Source of the DNA: Sandaracinaceae bacterium
Lineage (GTDB): Bacteria > Myxococcota_A > Polyangia > Polyangiales > JADJQN01
Reading direction: 5' to 3'
Assembly (NCBI GenBank): GCA_016712745.1
Contig: JADJQN010000001.1
Location: forward strand, 746,964-810,963
DNA: 64,000 nucleotides
Part shown: piece by piece, positions 55,958 to 64,000 of the stretch
How positions within the stretch are numbered: the first letter of the stretch is position 1
How the letters are laid out: every line of letters starts with the position of its first letter
Made by a program: the position numbers and the translations under genes
Notes under the pieces: model-generated
Told to the model about the DNA's origin: nothing
The model's input: the letters and a program-made list of their open reading frames with translations, nothing else
Databases searched by the model: none

Positions 55958-57814
55958 TTATGCGGCTGCGTTGGGCGATTTCGTATCACCGGTCGAGCTC
56001 GTGTGATTCGCGCTCTGCGGAAGCACCATCGTAAAGATGGTTCCGTCCTGACTGCTGGCGACGTCGATCGTGCCTTGATGATCGTCGACGACCTTCTTCA
56101 CAATGGCCAGACCAAGGCCGGTGCCGCCTTCCTTGCCATGAGTGGCGAAGCTTTGAAAAAGGCGGCCGCGAATTTCCTCGGCAATACCCGGCCCGTTATC
56201 GCTGAAGGTGAGAATCACGGCTCCGTCTGCAGTGCGTCGCGAAGCCGACATCGTGAACTCGCCCCCACGTTTGCCCAACGCTTCGGCGGCATTGCGCGCG
56301 AGGTTGTAGACCGCGCGCTGCATCTTCTGTTGATCGAAATAGACGACGCCTTTGTCGGCTAGCTCCAACTTGACCGTGATGCCCCGATCGCGGAATTGCT
56401 TCTCAAGCTGCTCGACGATTTCACCGAAGAATTTGTGCAAATAGACTTTGCTCACGAAGAGCGTCGTTTCGCCGCGCGCGAACGCTAAAATTTCGCGAGT
56501 CATTGAATCGACCAATTGAATCTGACGCAACGCGGCCTGCCCAAATGTATGCCGCGTCGCATCCTCAGGCTCGTTCATCAAGAGTTGCAGGTAGCCTGAG
56601 ATCACCGTCATCGGCGTTTTTAGATCATGAATCACGCCCGACAAGAGTTGCCCGATAGTCGACAAGCGGTCTTCGCGCGCTTGCTTCTCACGCGACAGAG
56701 CCAAGCCAATCGCGTTGGAAACCTGGCCGGCGATCACGCTCGCAAACTTCACATCGTCGTCGGTAAAAGCTTCCTTGCCCTTTGACTTGTTGAAGAGCTC
56801 GATCGCGCCGACGCCATCTTCCCAGCGGAGCGGCACACACATCATCGAACGCGGGTGGTAGCCCACGCGGTCTGCAAGCTCACGGGAATACCGAGGATCT
56901 TTTCGCACATCGGTGACGATCTGCGGCAAACCATGCTGCGCAACCCAACCTGAAATTCCATGTCCCGCTTCGATGTGCATCTTCTTAACTTCGTCCGGCA
57001 CGCCGCCAATCGCTGCGCGAAAGTGCAGATCTCGATTATCCCCCTCCAACATCAGTATCGCGCCGGCTTCTGCATCGACGGCGCGCACCGCACCCATGAG
57101 TACTCCGTCGAGCATCTCGTCGAGCTTCGACGCTTCCGCCGCCACTTGCATGATCTCGAAGAGCACGTCGAGCTCGCGAATCTTCAACTCGAGGGCGCTC
57201 TTCGCCTCGAGGAGCTCCATGTTCTTGCCGACGATGGACAAGAATAATTTGGAATTCTCGATGGACACTGCCGCCTGCGAAGCGAGCGCGGACAGTAGCC
57301 CTTCGTCCTCCTTCGAGAAGTAGCCGTTGCATTTATTGAGCACTTGCACGACCCCGATGGTGCGGCCGTGGTGATTCTTCATGGGCGTGCAAAGAATCGA
57401 CTGGGTTCGGTAGCCCGTGCGTCGATCCCACTCCGAATCGAAACGGGAATCTTGATAGGCGTCCTTGATGTTAAGCGCCTTGCCGGTTTTCGCCACCCAA
57501 CCCGCCAGGCCCTCCCCTAGCTTTACGCGGATCTCGTGGACCTCTTCGCCCTGCGCAAACTTCGACCAGAGCTCCCCCGTGTGCTCGTCGAGCAGATACA
57601 GAGTCGAGCGCTCTGCATCCATTACGCGGGAGGTGCGCTCAAGAACAAGAGTCAAAAGCTCGTTCAGATCCAGCGTCGACCCAAGTGCCACGCTGATATC
57701 CTGGAGCGCGCGCAGCTTCTCGTGCTCACGCGCCAGCGCAGCGCGCAAGTCCGCCGGTGGGACGGAAGGAGGCTTTGAGTCAGTTGCCATGCGCTCGGAC
57801 AAAAACTGTCCCAT
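55958..57814 (-). CDS. cytoplasmic GAF-GAF sensor histidine kinase
   Basis: Two GAF domains, an H-box (GVIHDLKTPMTVISGYLQLL), and HATPase boxes (NLARNAAEA, DNGPGI, GTGLGLAIV). ATG 57814 is preferred over TTG 57889, which would overlap the divergent GT39 gene. Confidence 0.85.
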   Translation of the reverse strand: MGQFLSERMATDSKPPSVPPADLRAALAREHEKLRALQDISVALGSTLDLNELLTLVLERTSRVMDAERSTLYLLDEHTGELWSKFAQGEEVHEIRVKLGEGLAGWVAKTGKALNIKDAYQDSRFDSEWDRRTGYRTQSILCTPMKNHHGRTIGVVQVLNKCNGYFSKEDEGLLSALASQAAVSIENSKLFLSIVGKNMELLEAKSALELKIRELDVLFEIMQVAAEASKLDEMLDGVLMGAVRAVDAEAGAILMLEGDNRDLHFRAAIGGVPDEVKKMHIEAGHGISGWVAQHGLPQIVTDVRKDPRYSRELADRVGYHPRSMMCVPLRWEDGVGAIELFNKSKGKEAFTDDDVKFASVIAGQVSNAIGLALSREKQAREDRLSTIGQLLSGVIHDLKTPMTVISGYLQLLMNEPEDATRHTFGQAALRQIQLVDSMTREILAFARGETTLFVSKVYLHKFFGEIVEQLEKQFRDRGITVKLELADKGVVYFDQQKMQRAVYNLARNAAEALGKRGGEFTMSASRRTADGAVILTFSDNGPGIAEEIRGRLFQSFATHGKEGGTGLGLAIVKKVVDDHQGTIDVASSQDGTIFTMVLPQSANHTSSTGDTKSPNAAA

Positions 57815-57868
57815 GAACGAGCGAATCCGCGCAATCGCCTTCGCGAATGCTACAAAGCGCCCGCACTC

Positions 57869-59110
57869 ATGAACGCGCGGCGCGGGCAAAAGACACTGTG
57901 GCGGCGGGATCTTGGGCTGATCTTCGTGCTAGCGCTCGCTCCGCGCTTGCTATGTGCTGTGGCTCTGCCGGTGCGGCCGACGTGGGATGGCGTGATCTAC
58001 CTGCGAGCGGCCGAGCAACTTGCGCGCGGAGAAGGTTACACCCAACGTGCGCTACGCGCCGACGCACCAGCGCGCGCCAATGCTTACTATCCAGTAGGAT
58101 TTCCGGCGACACTCGCTGTCGTGCGTGTGGCCGGAGACGGCGCGCGTACGGATCTAATCCTACAAAGTCTTTTTGGCGCACTCACTGCGTGCGCGACCTA
58201 TCTGCTGGCTCGACGCTACGGCGCGCGACGTCGGGCGCGCACCGCAGCTTTGCTAATCGCGTTTTGGCCGACTGGCATCCTGCTTTCGGCGACGTGGATG
58301 AGCGAGGCGCTCTTCACATGCGCTCTCTGCTTCGCTTTGCTGCCGCTTGCGTGGGCGAAGCTTCGCCATGCTGCGCTTGGCTTTGCGTTCACGTGCATCG
58401 GCTTAGGCGTTTGCGCCTACGTGCGCCCCATCGCATTGATTATCGCCGGCACGCTGGCCGTGGCGCTGGTGGCACGCGACGTGCGCAGGCGCTGGCACTT
58501 CGCGTTGATAGCGCTCGTATGCACGGCAGCCCCCCTTCTGCCCTGGACTCTGCGCAACGCGCGTGTCCTCGACGCCCCAGCGCTCGTATCCACAAACGGC
58601 GGAACGAACCTCCTGCTGGGCACGGTGGGTGACGGCCGTTTCACTCGCATCCCTGCCGCGATCGACTGCCCCGACGGATTACGCGAGGTCGAGCGCGATC
58701 GCTGCCGTTCCGACCACGCCCTCACGCGCATTCGAGCAAAACCGCTAGCGTTCGTCGCACGTGCGGCGATGAAGCTCGGAGACACCTTCGCGTACGAGTC
58801 CGCAACGGCCCTCGAGCTTGGCGTATCGTTGGCACCTCGCGGAGCACCAATCCCGCACTGGGCCTTGGCACTCGCCGCGTTGAGCAGCATCTATTATATC
58901 TTGCTGCTCGCCGCGGCCGTGTACGCCGCCTGGATGTCTCGCACTACAATCCCGGCAAGCTTACGCGTTTTGGTGCTGGGACCGGTCGTGGCGACCGCTG
59001 CGCTGCACGCAGTGTCACTCGGGGGTGACCGATACCACCTGCCACTCGTCCCGCTATTCGCAGCGATCGCCGTCTTTGCGCTAAGGGCTGGGCGCAGCAG
59101 CTCGGTCTGA
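57869..59110 (+). CDS. GT-C glycosyltransferase, family 39/PMT_2 (ArnT-like)
   Basis: About 11 TM helices. The first periplasmic loop reads WDGVIYLRAAEQLARGEGY. The size and topology are typical of ArnT/PMT_2 enzymes. Confidence 0.65.
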   Translation: MNARRGQKTLWRRDLGLIFVLALAPRLLCAVALPVRPTWDGVIYLRAAEQLARGEGYTQRALRADAPARANAYYPVGFPATLAVVRVAGDGARTDLILQSLFGALTACATYLLARRYGARRRARTAALLIAFWPTGILLSATWMSEALFTCALCFALLPLAWAKLRHAALGFAFTCIGLGVCAYVRPIALIIAGTLAVALVARDVRRRWHFALIALVCTAAPLLPWTLRNARVLDAPALVSTNGGTNLLLGTVGDGRFTRIPAAIDCPDGLREVERDRCRSDHALTRIRAKPLAFVARAAMKLGDTFAYESATALELGVSLAPRGAPIPHWALALAALSSIYYILLLAAAVYAAWMSRTTIPASLRVLVLGPVVATAALHAVSLGGDRYHLPLVPLFAAIAVFALRAGRSSSV

Positions 59111-59138
59111 CCTGAGCGCTCCCCTGCCGCGACATGCG

Positions 59139-59597
59139 TTAGGGGGAATCGCTGCGCGCCGCGCAACCTACGCCGGGCGTGAAGCAACCGTCACCGCATT
59201 CGCAAAAGGCAACGTTGTGGCTCGAGCTCGGCGCGCAGCCGCAAGCGCCGATACCACAGCTATCGGGAAAATCGCTCGTTGCTCCGCAGCACAGGTGACT
59301 GGCGACGACCCCTCCGGTCGACGTACACAATTCGGCAGCCGGCGATGGGCCCGCGTCGAGTGCAGTACCGCCATCCGCAGGCGCGGCGTCTTGCGAGCCC
59401 GCATCGAGCGCCCCGCTGTCGGCCGCTCCTGCGTCAGTGCCGAGATCGACCGTGCTTGCGTCGGCATTACCCTGGTCAGCTCCGAGATCTCCGACACCCC
59501 AATCCGGAAGCGCTCCCATATCGGCAGCCGACGGCGATTCGTTGCTGCACCCGGCGATGGAGACTACGACCAAGATGGGAAGCAATCGCTTGAACAT
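59139..59597 (-). CDS. small Asp/Ala/Gly-rich lipoprotein with Cys-rich C-terminus
   Basis: Lipobox MFKRLLPILVVVSIAGC, an acidic low-complexity middle region, and the C-terminal sequence LCCGATSDFPDSCGIGACGCAPSSSHNVAFCECGDGCFTPGVGC. No family recognised. Confidence 0.55.
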   Translation of the reverse strand: MFKRLLPILVVVSIAGCSNESPSAADMGALPDWGVGDLGADQGNADASTVDLGTDAGAADSGALDAGSQDAAPADGGTALDAGPSPAAELCTSTGGVVASHLCCGATSDFPDSCGIGACGCAPSSSHNVAFCECGDGCFTPGVGCAARSDSP

Positions 59598-60036
59598 GGC
59601 CAGACCGTACCGCGAAACCTTCGCCCGATCTATCGGTTGCCAACTTGGCTGTGCGCTCGCTGCCGGGCCCGCACAGGGCGGACACATTGTCCCGCTGCGC
59701 CCCCTGCTCGCGCAAACGCTGCGCGAAAACACGACGATTCTTCGCATGGGTGGCCGTGCCGCGCTTGGGCATGCGCCTTGCTCTACTAGAAAACTAAGAG
59801 AACGCGGACTTGGCGAAACAACGGAAAGGAAGCACACCGCCATCCGCGCCTCAGGACACCTCATGCGAACGAGTGCTTCGTTTCGATCGGCGGGATGCCC
59901 TCACCCCCACCTCGCTCCCGCCGATCGTAACGAAGGATTGCCTAGTGGCCATGCAGGCAGATTCCCAAAGAAGTTCGTGAGCGCGAGCGGCAGTTGGTGA
60001 TAGGGTCGCGCCGCACTTTCACTGCGAGGAATTACC

Positions 60037-60558
60037 ATGGCTAATGCATTCATCGAACTGAGCACGGACGACGTAAAGGGCGCGATCAAGTTCTACACGA
60101 AGGTCTTCGGTTGGAAGCACACCAACATGCCTGACGCGAACTACAACATGCTCGACATGGGAACGCACCAGACCGGCGGCGGCATCTCGAAGAAAATGCA
60201 ACCGAATCAGCCCACCGCGTGGCTTCCGTACATCACGGTCGACAGCGTCAAGAAGACGATCAAGAACGCCAACAAGGCGGGCGCCAAGTCTCTCGTTCCG
60301 TACATGTCCATCGGGGAAATGGGCGCAATCGGCGTATTCATGGATCCCACCGGTGCAGCACTCGGTGTCTGGGAAGGCCCCAAGACCACCACGAAGACCG
60401 CTTCGACGAAGACGACGGCGAAGAGCACTACGATGAAGATGGCCGCAAAGTCGTCGGCTAAGAAAGCGACGAAGACGGCGTCCAAGTCTGCATCGAAGAT
60501 GACCGCGAAGAAGAGCGCAGCCAAGAAGAGCAGCAAGAAGTCCTCGAAGAAGAACTAG
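60037..60558 (+). CDS. VOC (glyoxalase/bleomycin-resistance fold) protein with Lys/Ala/Ser/Thr-rich histone H1-like tail
   Basis: The N-terminal about 115 aa (FIELSTDDVKGAIKFYTKVFGW...GAIGVFMDPTGAALGVWE) look like a single VOC module. The C-terminal about 57 aa are KTTTKTASTKTTAKS...AKKSAAKKSSKKSSKKN. A GAGGA SD precedes the ATG. Confidence 0.7.
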   Translation: MANAFIELSTDDVKGAIKFYTKVFGWKHTNMPDANYNMLDMGTHQTGGGISKKMQPNQPTAWLPYITVDSVKKTIKNANKAGAKSLVPYMSIGEMGAIGVFMDPTGAALGVWEGPKTTTKTASTKTTAKSTTMKMAAKSSAKKATKTASKSASKMTAKKSAAKKSSKKSSKKN

Positions 60559-60577
60559 TTCTTTCGACATCGAAAGC

Positions 60578-60619
60578 CGAGCCTCGCCGCGTTCACGTGG
60601 CGGGGCTCGTTTCGTTTTT
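60578..60619 (+). terminator. Rho-independent terminator after the VOC gene
   Basis: An 11-bp stem, CGAGCCTCGCC (60578-60588) with GGCGGGGCTCG (60599-60609), has one G-U pair and a 10-nt loop. It is followed by TTTCGTTTTT (60610-60619). Confidence 0.7.
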
Positions 60620-60711
60620 GGACGCTGCGACGCGCCAGCTATTGTTAAATGCCCGTCGAGGGCTGTGCTAAACGAACCACGTCGCGGCCGTCTGTGTCAT
60701 CGTCCATCGTA

Positions 60712-62172
60712 ATGCACACGCCGAACCTATCCATGGCGCTCGCAACCGCGGCGCTCACGCTAGCGACACAACTCGGGTGCGGCGCGACGCAAGCGAGCCC
60801 GCGCACGGAAGCGCGAGCCGACCCTAGCGCGCCTATCGTTGTGAATGAGCCGACCACCGCGCCCACCCCTGCGCCGCGACCGGCGTGCCTCGCGATTCCG
60901 GCGCGCGCCGAGGAGCGCGTCGCGCGCGATCCCGAAGCGCTTGCGCCGAACTGGGCGCGCCTCGCCCACTACCAGCGCTGCGCCCCTGAGACGCCCGAGC
61001 ACATTGCTGCGCGCCAGGCCTTCCACGTACTCGACGAAGCGTTCTCCTCGACGCCGATCAATGCCGACGTCGCGCAGCTTCGGCGGCTCTTGCTCGGCGC
61101 CCTTGAGCTGCCGTGCTTTGCCGTCGCGCAGGAGACCGGCGAGCTCCCTCGAGCAGCGTCCACCGAGAGTTTACGACGCTGGTGGGAAGAAGGTGGAAAG
61201 CAGTGGCTTGAGCAATATCTCAGGCCTATGCCGCGCACCGCGACGGACGACGCGTCGTCATCACGTTTTGTTGTACTGCCCCCTGCGGAGGCGCGCGTAC
61301 TTGGGCCCGCGACTCTGTACGAGGGTCATCCGCTGCGCAGGCTTTTGTGTTCGCCCACCGATGCCACGTGCGACGAAGAGGTGCGTCCCTTTCGGCGTCG
61401 TCTTGAGCGCACGCTTGGCGCCCAGGCCGAGCAAGCACGCTCTTCGACGGAGCGTTTCGGGGACAGCCTCGAAAACCGTATGTCGCAGTGCGAGCGCGAA
61501 GCACGGGCGCAGGGTAGCGACCGCTACCTATTCTGGCGCCGCTGCATCGAATCGCTTCGCGTTACCGCACCGCAGATGCCGGTGGTGCATGCGCGGGCCC
61601 CCAGCACTGGTTGGCTCGTCGCTCAATCGCACAGCCATCCCGATGACCAGAGGAGCTGCGAACGATACTGTGCGTACGACCTCGCAACCGGAGGCGCGCA
61701 TTGCGCAACTTCGTGCGGAGAATCGGCCACTGGCGAACGCGGCGCGATCACCGTGCAGCGGGGCAACGTCGAGCTGCCATTTTTGCGCGAGCTCGGCTGG
61801 GTGATGGTTTTCGCCAACGACATCGACCGGGACGCAGCACTCGGCGAGATGGTTCGAGTCCCGCGAGGTTTTTCGCCTGAGTGGTCCGACAACGAAGCCT
61901 CCGGGCTTGGCATGGGCGGGATGGGCGGTGGGTGTAGCAGCATCACTTCACTGCGATGGATCGAAGACGGCTGTGTGCTCTTCGAAACGCTCGTGGCCGT
62001 GAGCTCTGGCACCAATCCGATCGACGCGTATCTAGGCGACCTGTATGCGGTGGTCGATAGTGCATTCGTTGAGGGCGTCCCGCGCGCGGCAGCTTCGGGC
62101 TTGGCTGCGCACGAAGGAGATCACGACCACGCGATGCAGCTGCGCTTCATTGAAGCTTTGTCTCGGGACTGA
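60712..62172 (+). CDS. hypothetical lipoprotein (no family recognised)
   Basis: Signal and lipobox MHTPNLSMALATAALTLATQLGC. 486 aa with codon usage like its neighbours and no motifs I can name. Confidence 0.5.
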   Translation: MHTPNLSMALATAALTLATQLGCGATQASPRTEARADPSAPIVVNEPTTAPTPAPRPACLAIPARAEERVARDPEALAPNWARLAHYQRCAPETPEHIAARQAFHVLDEAFSSTPINADVAQLRRLLLGALELPCFAVAQETGELPRAASTESLRRWWEEGGKQWLEQYLRPMPRTATDDASSSRFVVLPPAEARVLGPATLYEGHPLRRLLCSPTDATCDEEVRPFRRRLERTLGAQAEQARSSTERFGDSLENRMSQCEREARAQGSDRYLFWRRCIESLRVTAPQMPVVHARAPSTGWLVAQSHSHPDDQRSCERYCAYDLATGGAHCATSCGESATGERGAITVQRGNVELPFLRELGWVMVFANDIDRDAALGEMVRVPRGFSPEWSDNEASGLGMGGMGGGCSSITSLRWIEDGCVLFETLVAVSSGTNPIDAYLGDLYAVVDSAFVEGVPRAAASGLAAHEGDHDHAMQLRFIEALSRD

Positions 62173-62182
62173 GGCGGATGGC

Positions 62183-63400
62183 TTAGTAGCCCTGCCGCAT
62201 CTGCGCGCGGTCGCCTACCGAAGTTTCGCGTAGCGACATCGTGACAAACGCCGCGCAGCTGTGGCGATCCACATGCACGACGCGCACCTCGGCGACAACT
62301 TCGTCCGGGAACGCACCGCGAGGATTCGGATTCTCAACAGAGTTACCGGGATCCATCGTGTTGTCGTCCACGGTTTGCTGCCACGAGTCTCCGTGAGCAA
62401 GGATGAAGAAGCGATTGCCCGCGAGCACGCCGTCTTCGGATCCAACGCCCAAGAAAATCAGCTGGTGTTCGCCGACGAGGGTGCGCGGACGAAGCGTCGC
62501 GACGATGGTCGTGTCAAGGTCACGTTGATTGCGCACCGGCAGAACGCTGTAGAAGCGACGCGGGATCGCCGCAACGTGGTAACCGCGTTCAATAGGGTCG
62601 AGCGCTTCCGTAATCATCGCGCGCGCAACGTGTTCCTCGGGATCGTAGGAATCGATGCGCACTGTTCCGTAGATGCGCACCAACGTGCCAGATTCGTGAT
62701 CGGCGCGATCACGCGGCGCGACTTCGTGAAAGAGTGAGAGCTCTTGACCCGGGGCCGGCGCGTCCGCGTCGTCGTTGTACTTGATGTAAACGCTTTCGTA
62801 CGGCATCAAAAGCATATGATCGGCCGTGGAACCGGTGAGCTCGCCCGCGTGGGCTATCGTTTCCGGATCGAGAAAGCCTTCTTCGCGCAAGTAGACTTCC
62901 AGTGGTCCATTCGTGGGTCGCTCCGCACGCACAAAGTGTCGGTCAGGTAGCTGCGTTTGAGTGGTTCCCTCTCGCAAGAGACGCACCTGATCAAGCGGGT
63001 AGATCCAGTTCGGATTGGTAATCTCGGGATTGAACGACCACACGCGCGGCCACTCGAAAGGGTCGCCGTAGTAATGCCCACTGAGATCCCAAAGGGTGTC
63101 GCCTCGCTCAACAGTGTGTGTCGGCGGAATCGTTCGCGGGGCCATCGGACGCTGACCAATGCGAATGCCTTCGCGCCGCGAACGGGCGTCGTTCACCGTA
63201 CGTGGCGAGTCCACTCCGTCCGCACCGCTTGGCAACGCCCCACCCTGATACGCGCCGTTATCCGATCCGTCGTCGACGAAGGATCCGCCCGAGTCACTCA
63301 TGTCTTGCGCCAGCGATCCCGCGGGTAAAAGCAGCCCCAATGCCGAGAAAAGAAGCTGGGTGCGCCGAAGCAAAGGAGATGACTTCGTGATGGCTTTCAT
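62183..63400 (-). CDS. LysM domain-containing periplasmic protein
   Basis: Signal peptide ending ...LLLPAGSLAQD. LysM domain (HTVERGDTLWDLSGHYYGDPFEWPRVWSFNPEITNPNWIYPLDQV). The start overlaps the cpoB stop (ATGA). Confidence 0.75.
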   Translation of the reverse strand: MKAITKSSPLLRRTQLLFSALGLLLPAGSLAQDMSDSGGSFVDDGSDNGAYQGGALPSGADGVDSPRTVNDARSRREGIRIGQRPMAPRTIPPTHTVERGDTLWDLSGHYYGDPFEWPRVWSFNPEITNPNWIYPLDQVRLLREGTTQTQLPDRHFVRAERPTNGPLEVYLREEGFLDPETIAHAGELTGSTADHMLLMPYESVYIKYNDDADAPAPGQELSLFHEVAPRDRADHESGTLVRIYGTVRIDSYDPEEHVARAMITEALDPIERGYHVAAIPRRFYSVLPVRNQRDLDTTIVATLRPRTLVGEHQLIFLGVGSEDGVLAGNRFFILAHGDSWQQTVDDNTMDPGNSVENPNPRGAFPDEVVAEVRVVHVDRHSCAAFVTMSLRETSVGDRAQMRQGY

Positions 63401-64000
63401 GACGGATCCTCGCGCAACGCGGCACGCGCTGCTTCGGTGTTGGGGTATTGCTCGCGAACCCTGAGAAATGTGGCGTGAGCGCGCGCACGGTCGCCCATGC
63501 GAACCTGGCAGAGCCCGATCTTTAGAAGTGCATCCGCTGCTTTTGCGCCGCGCGGAAAACGGTCGAGCACCGACTGAAACTCAGCCGCGGCACGCGCGTA
63601 CTCGCGCTGCGCGTATCGCACCTCGCCGCGCCAATAGAGTGCGTTGCCAACGTACGCGTGCGACGGATTGTTGCGCACGAACTCAGCAAGCGCTGTTGCG
63701 GCAGGTTCGAGTTGGCCCGCGCGAAAGAGGCCGAGCGCGCTTTGATACTGTCGCACGGCCGGGTCTTCAGGATTGGTCAGTGCGACGGGGGTCGCAGGCG
63801 CCGGGGCGTGTGCGAAGGCAACTGGCGCTGCCGCGCCAGGCAAAGCGACGACGGGCAATCGCGCAGATACCCCGGCGGGCGGAGCGGGAACGGCAAACGG
63901 AACTGCGTCAGCGGGCGGCGTGCGCGCTCCGCTTGTCAAAGGCGCCGCCGCTCTTTGCGGCGAACCGTAGAGCGTGAGAACCGTACGTGGTCCTTGCTCG
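63397..64000 (-). CDS. cpoB: Tol-Pal system protein YbgF/CpoB, 5' end beyond window
   Basis: The C-terminal TPR region YQSALGLFRAGQLEPAATALAEFVRNNPSHAYVGNALYWRGEVRYAQREYARAAAEFQSVLDRFPRGAKAADALLKIGLC matches YbgF. My translation shows the frame stays open to position 64000, so the TTG at 63939 is probably not the real start. Confidence 0.8.
   Translation of the reverse strand, partial: EQGPRTVLTLYGSPQRAAAPLTSGARTPPADAVPFAVPAPPAGVSARLPVVALPGAAAPVAFAHAPAPATPVALTNPEDPAVRQYQSALGLFRAGQLEPAATALAEFVRNNPSHAYVGNALYWRGEVRYAQREYARAAAEFQSVLDRFPRGAKAADALLKIGLCQVRMGDRARAHATFLRVREQYPNTEAARAALREDPS

Noticed and set aside
59476-59772. 98-aa minus-strand ORF starting MPKRGTATHAKNRRVFAQRL in the long intergenic region
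   Set aside because: It has good GC3 for about 40 codons, but no RBS and no recognisable motif. It then runs 120 nt out of frame into the lipoprotein gene, so a real gene is not supported.
1-64000. Searched by eye for tRNA/rRNA/tmRNA genes, transposases, integrases, phage structural genes, toxin-antitoxin pairs and known defence-system genes
   Set aside because: None found. No T-loop-like GGTTCGAATCC motifs appear in a plausible tRNA context, and there are no DDE/tyrosine-recombinase motifs. The only restriction-modification-like element is the degenerate orphan methyltransferase.

Overview
GC-rich 64 kb chromosomal segment, most likely from a member of the Myxococcota. The evidence is a MYXO-CTERM sorting tag, an AgmX/PglI C-terminal domain protein, many lipobox lipoproteins, and FHA/GGDEF/HD-GYP/GAF signalling proteins. 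I support about 50 protein-coding genes. Housekeeping genes (trmB partial, valS, ogt, polA, ffh, moeA, dksA, cpoB/ybgF partial) are interspersed with envelope, secreted-hydrolase and signalling genes. I found no rRNA, tRNA, CRISPR array, transposase, integrase or prophage genes. The many long ORFs antisense to conserved genes are ordinary shadow ORFs of a high-GC genome. Points worth a second look: (1) Three conserved genes are broken by single-base frame changes: the RND pump and the outer-membrane factor of a czcCBA-like operon, and a VLCAD/ACAD9-type acyl-CoA dehydrogenase. These are either real pseudogenes or assembly indels. (2) Three convergent gene junctions are expanded by structured repeats: a 16-bp inverted repeat pair, a 22-bp perfect inverted repeat pair with TA flanks (MITE-like), and a 4x29-bp tandem array. 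Most other convergent junctions are under about 50 bp or overlap (one is 89 bp with no repeat I could see). (3) A five-gene membrane cluster (Gln/Gly-rich two-TM protein, MoxR ATPase, DUF58, BatA-like VWA, double-VWA protein) belongs to a widely conserved type whose function is still unresolved. (4) A surface-targeted LAS/M15-type peptidase with a MYXO-CTERM tag lies two genes from a CPBP intramembrane protease. I do not see a convincing, clearly novel multi-gene system in this window. The items above are the best candidates, and all homology calls rest on motif recognition by eye, not database searches.
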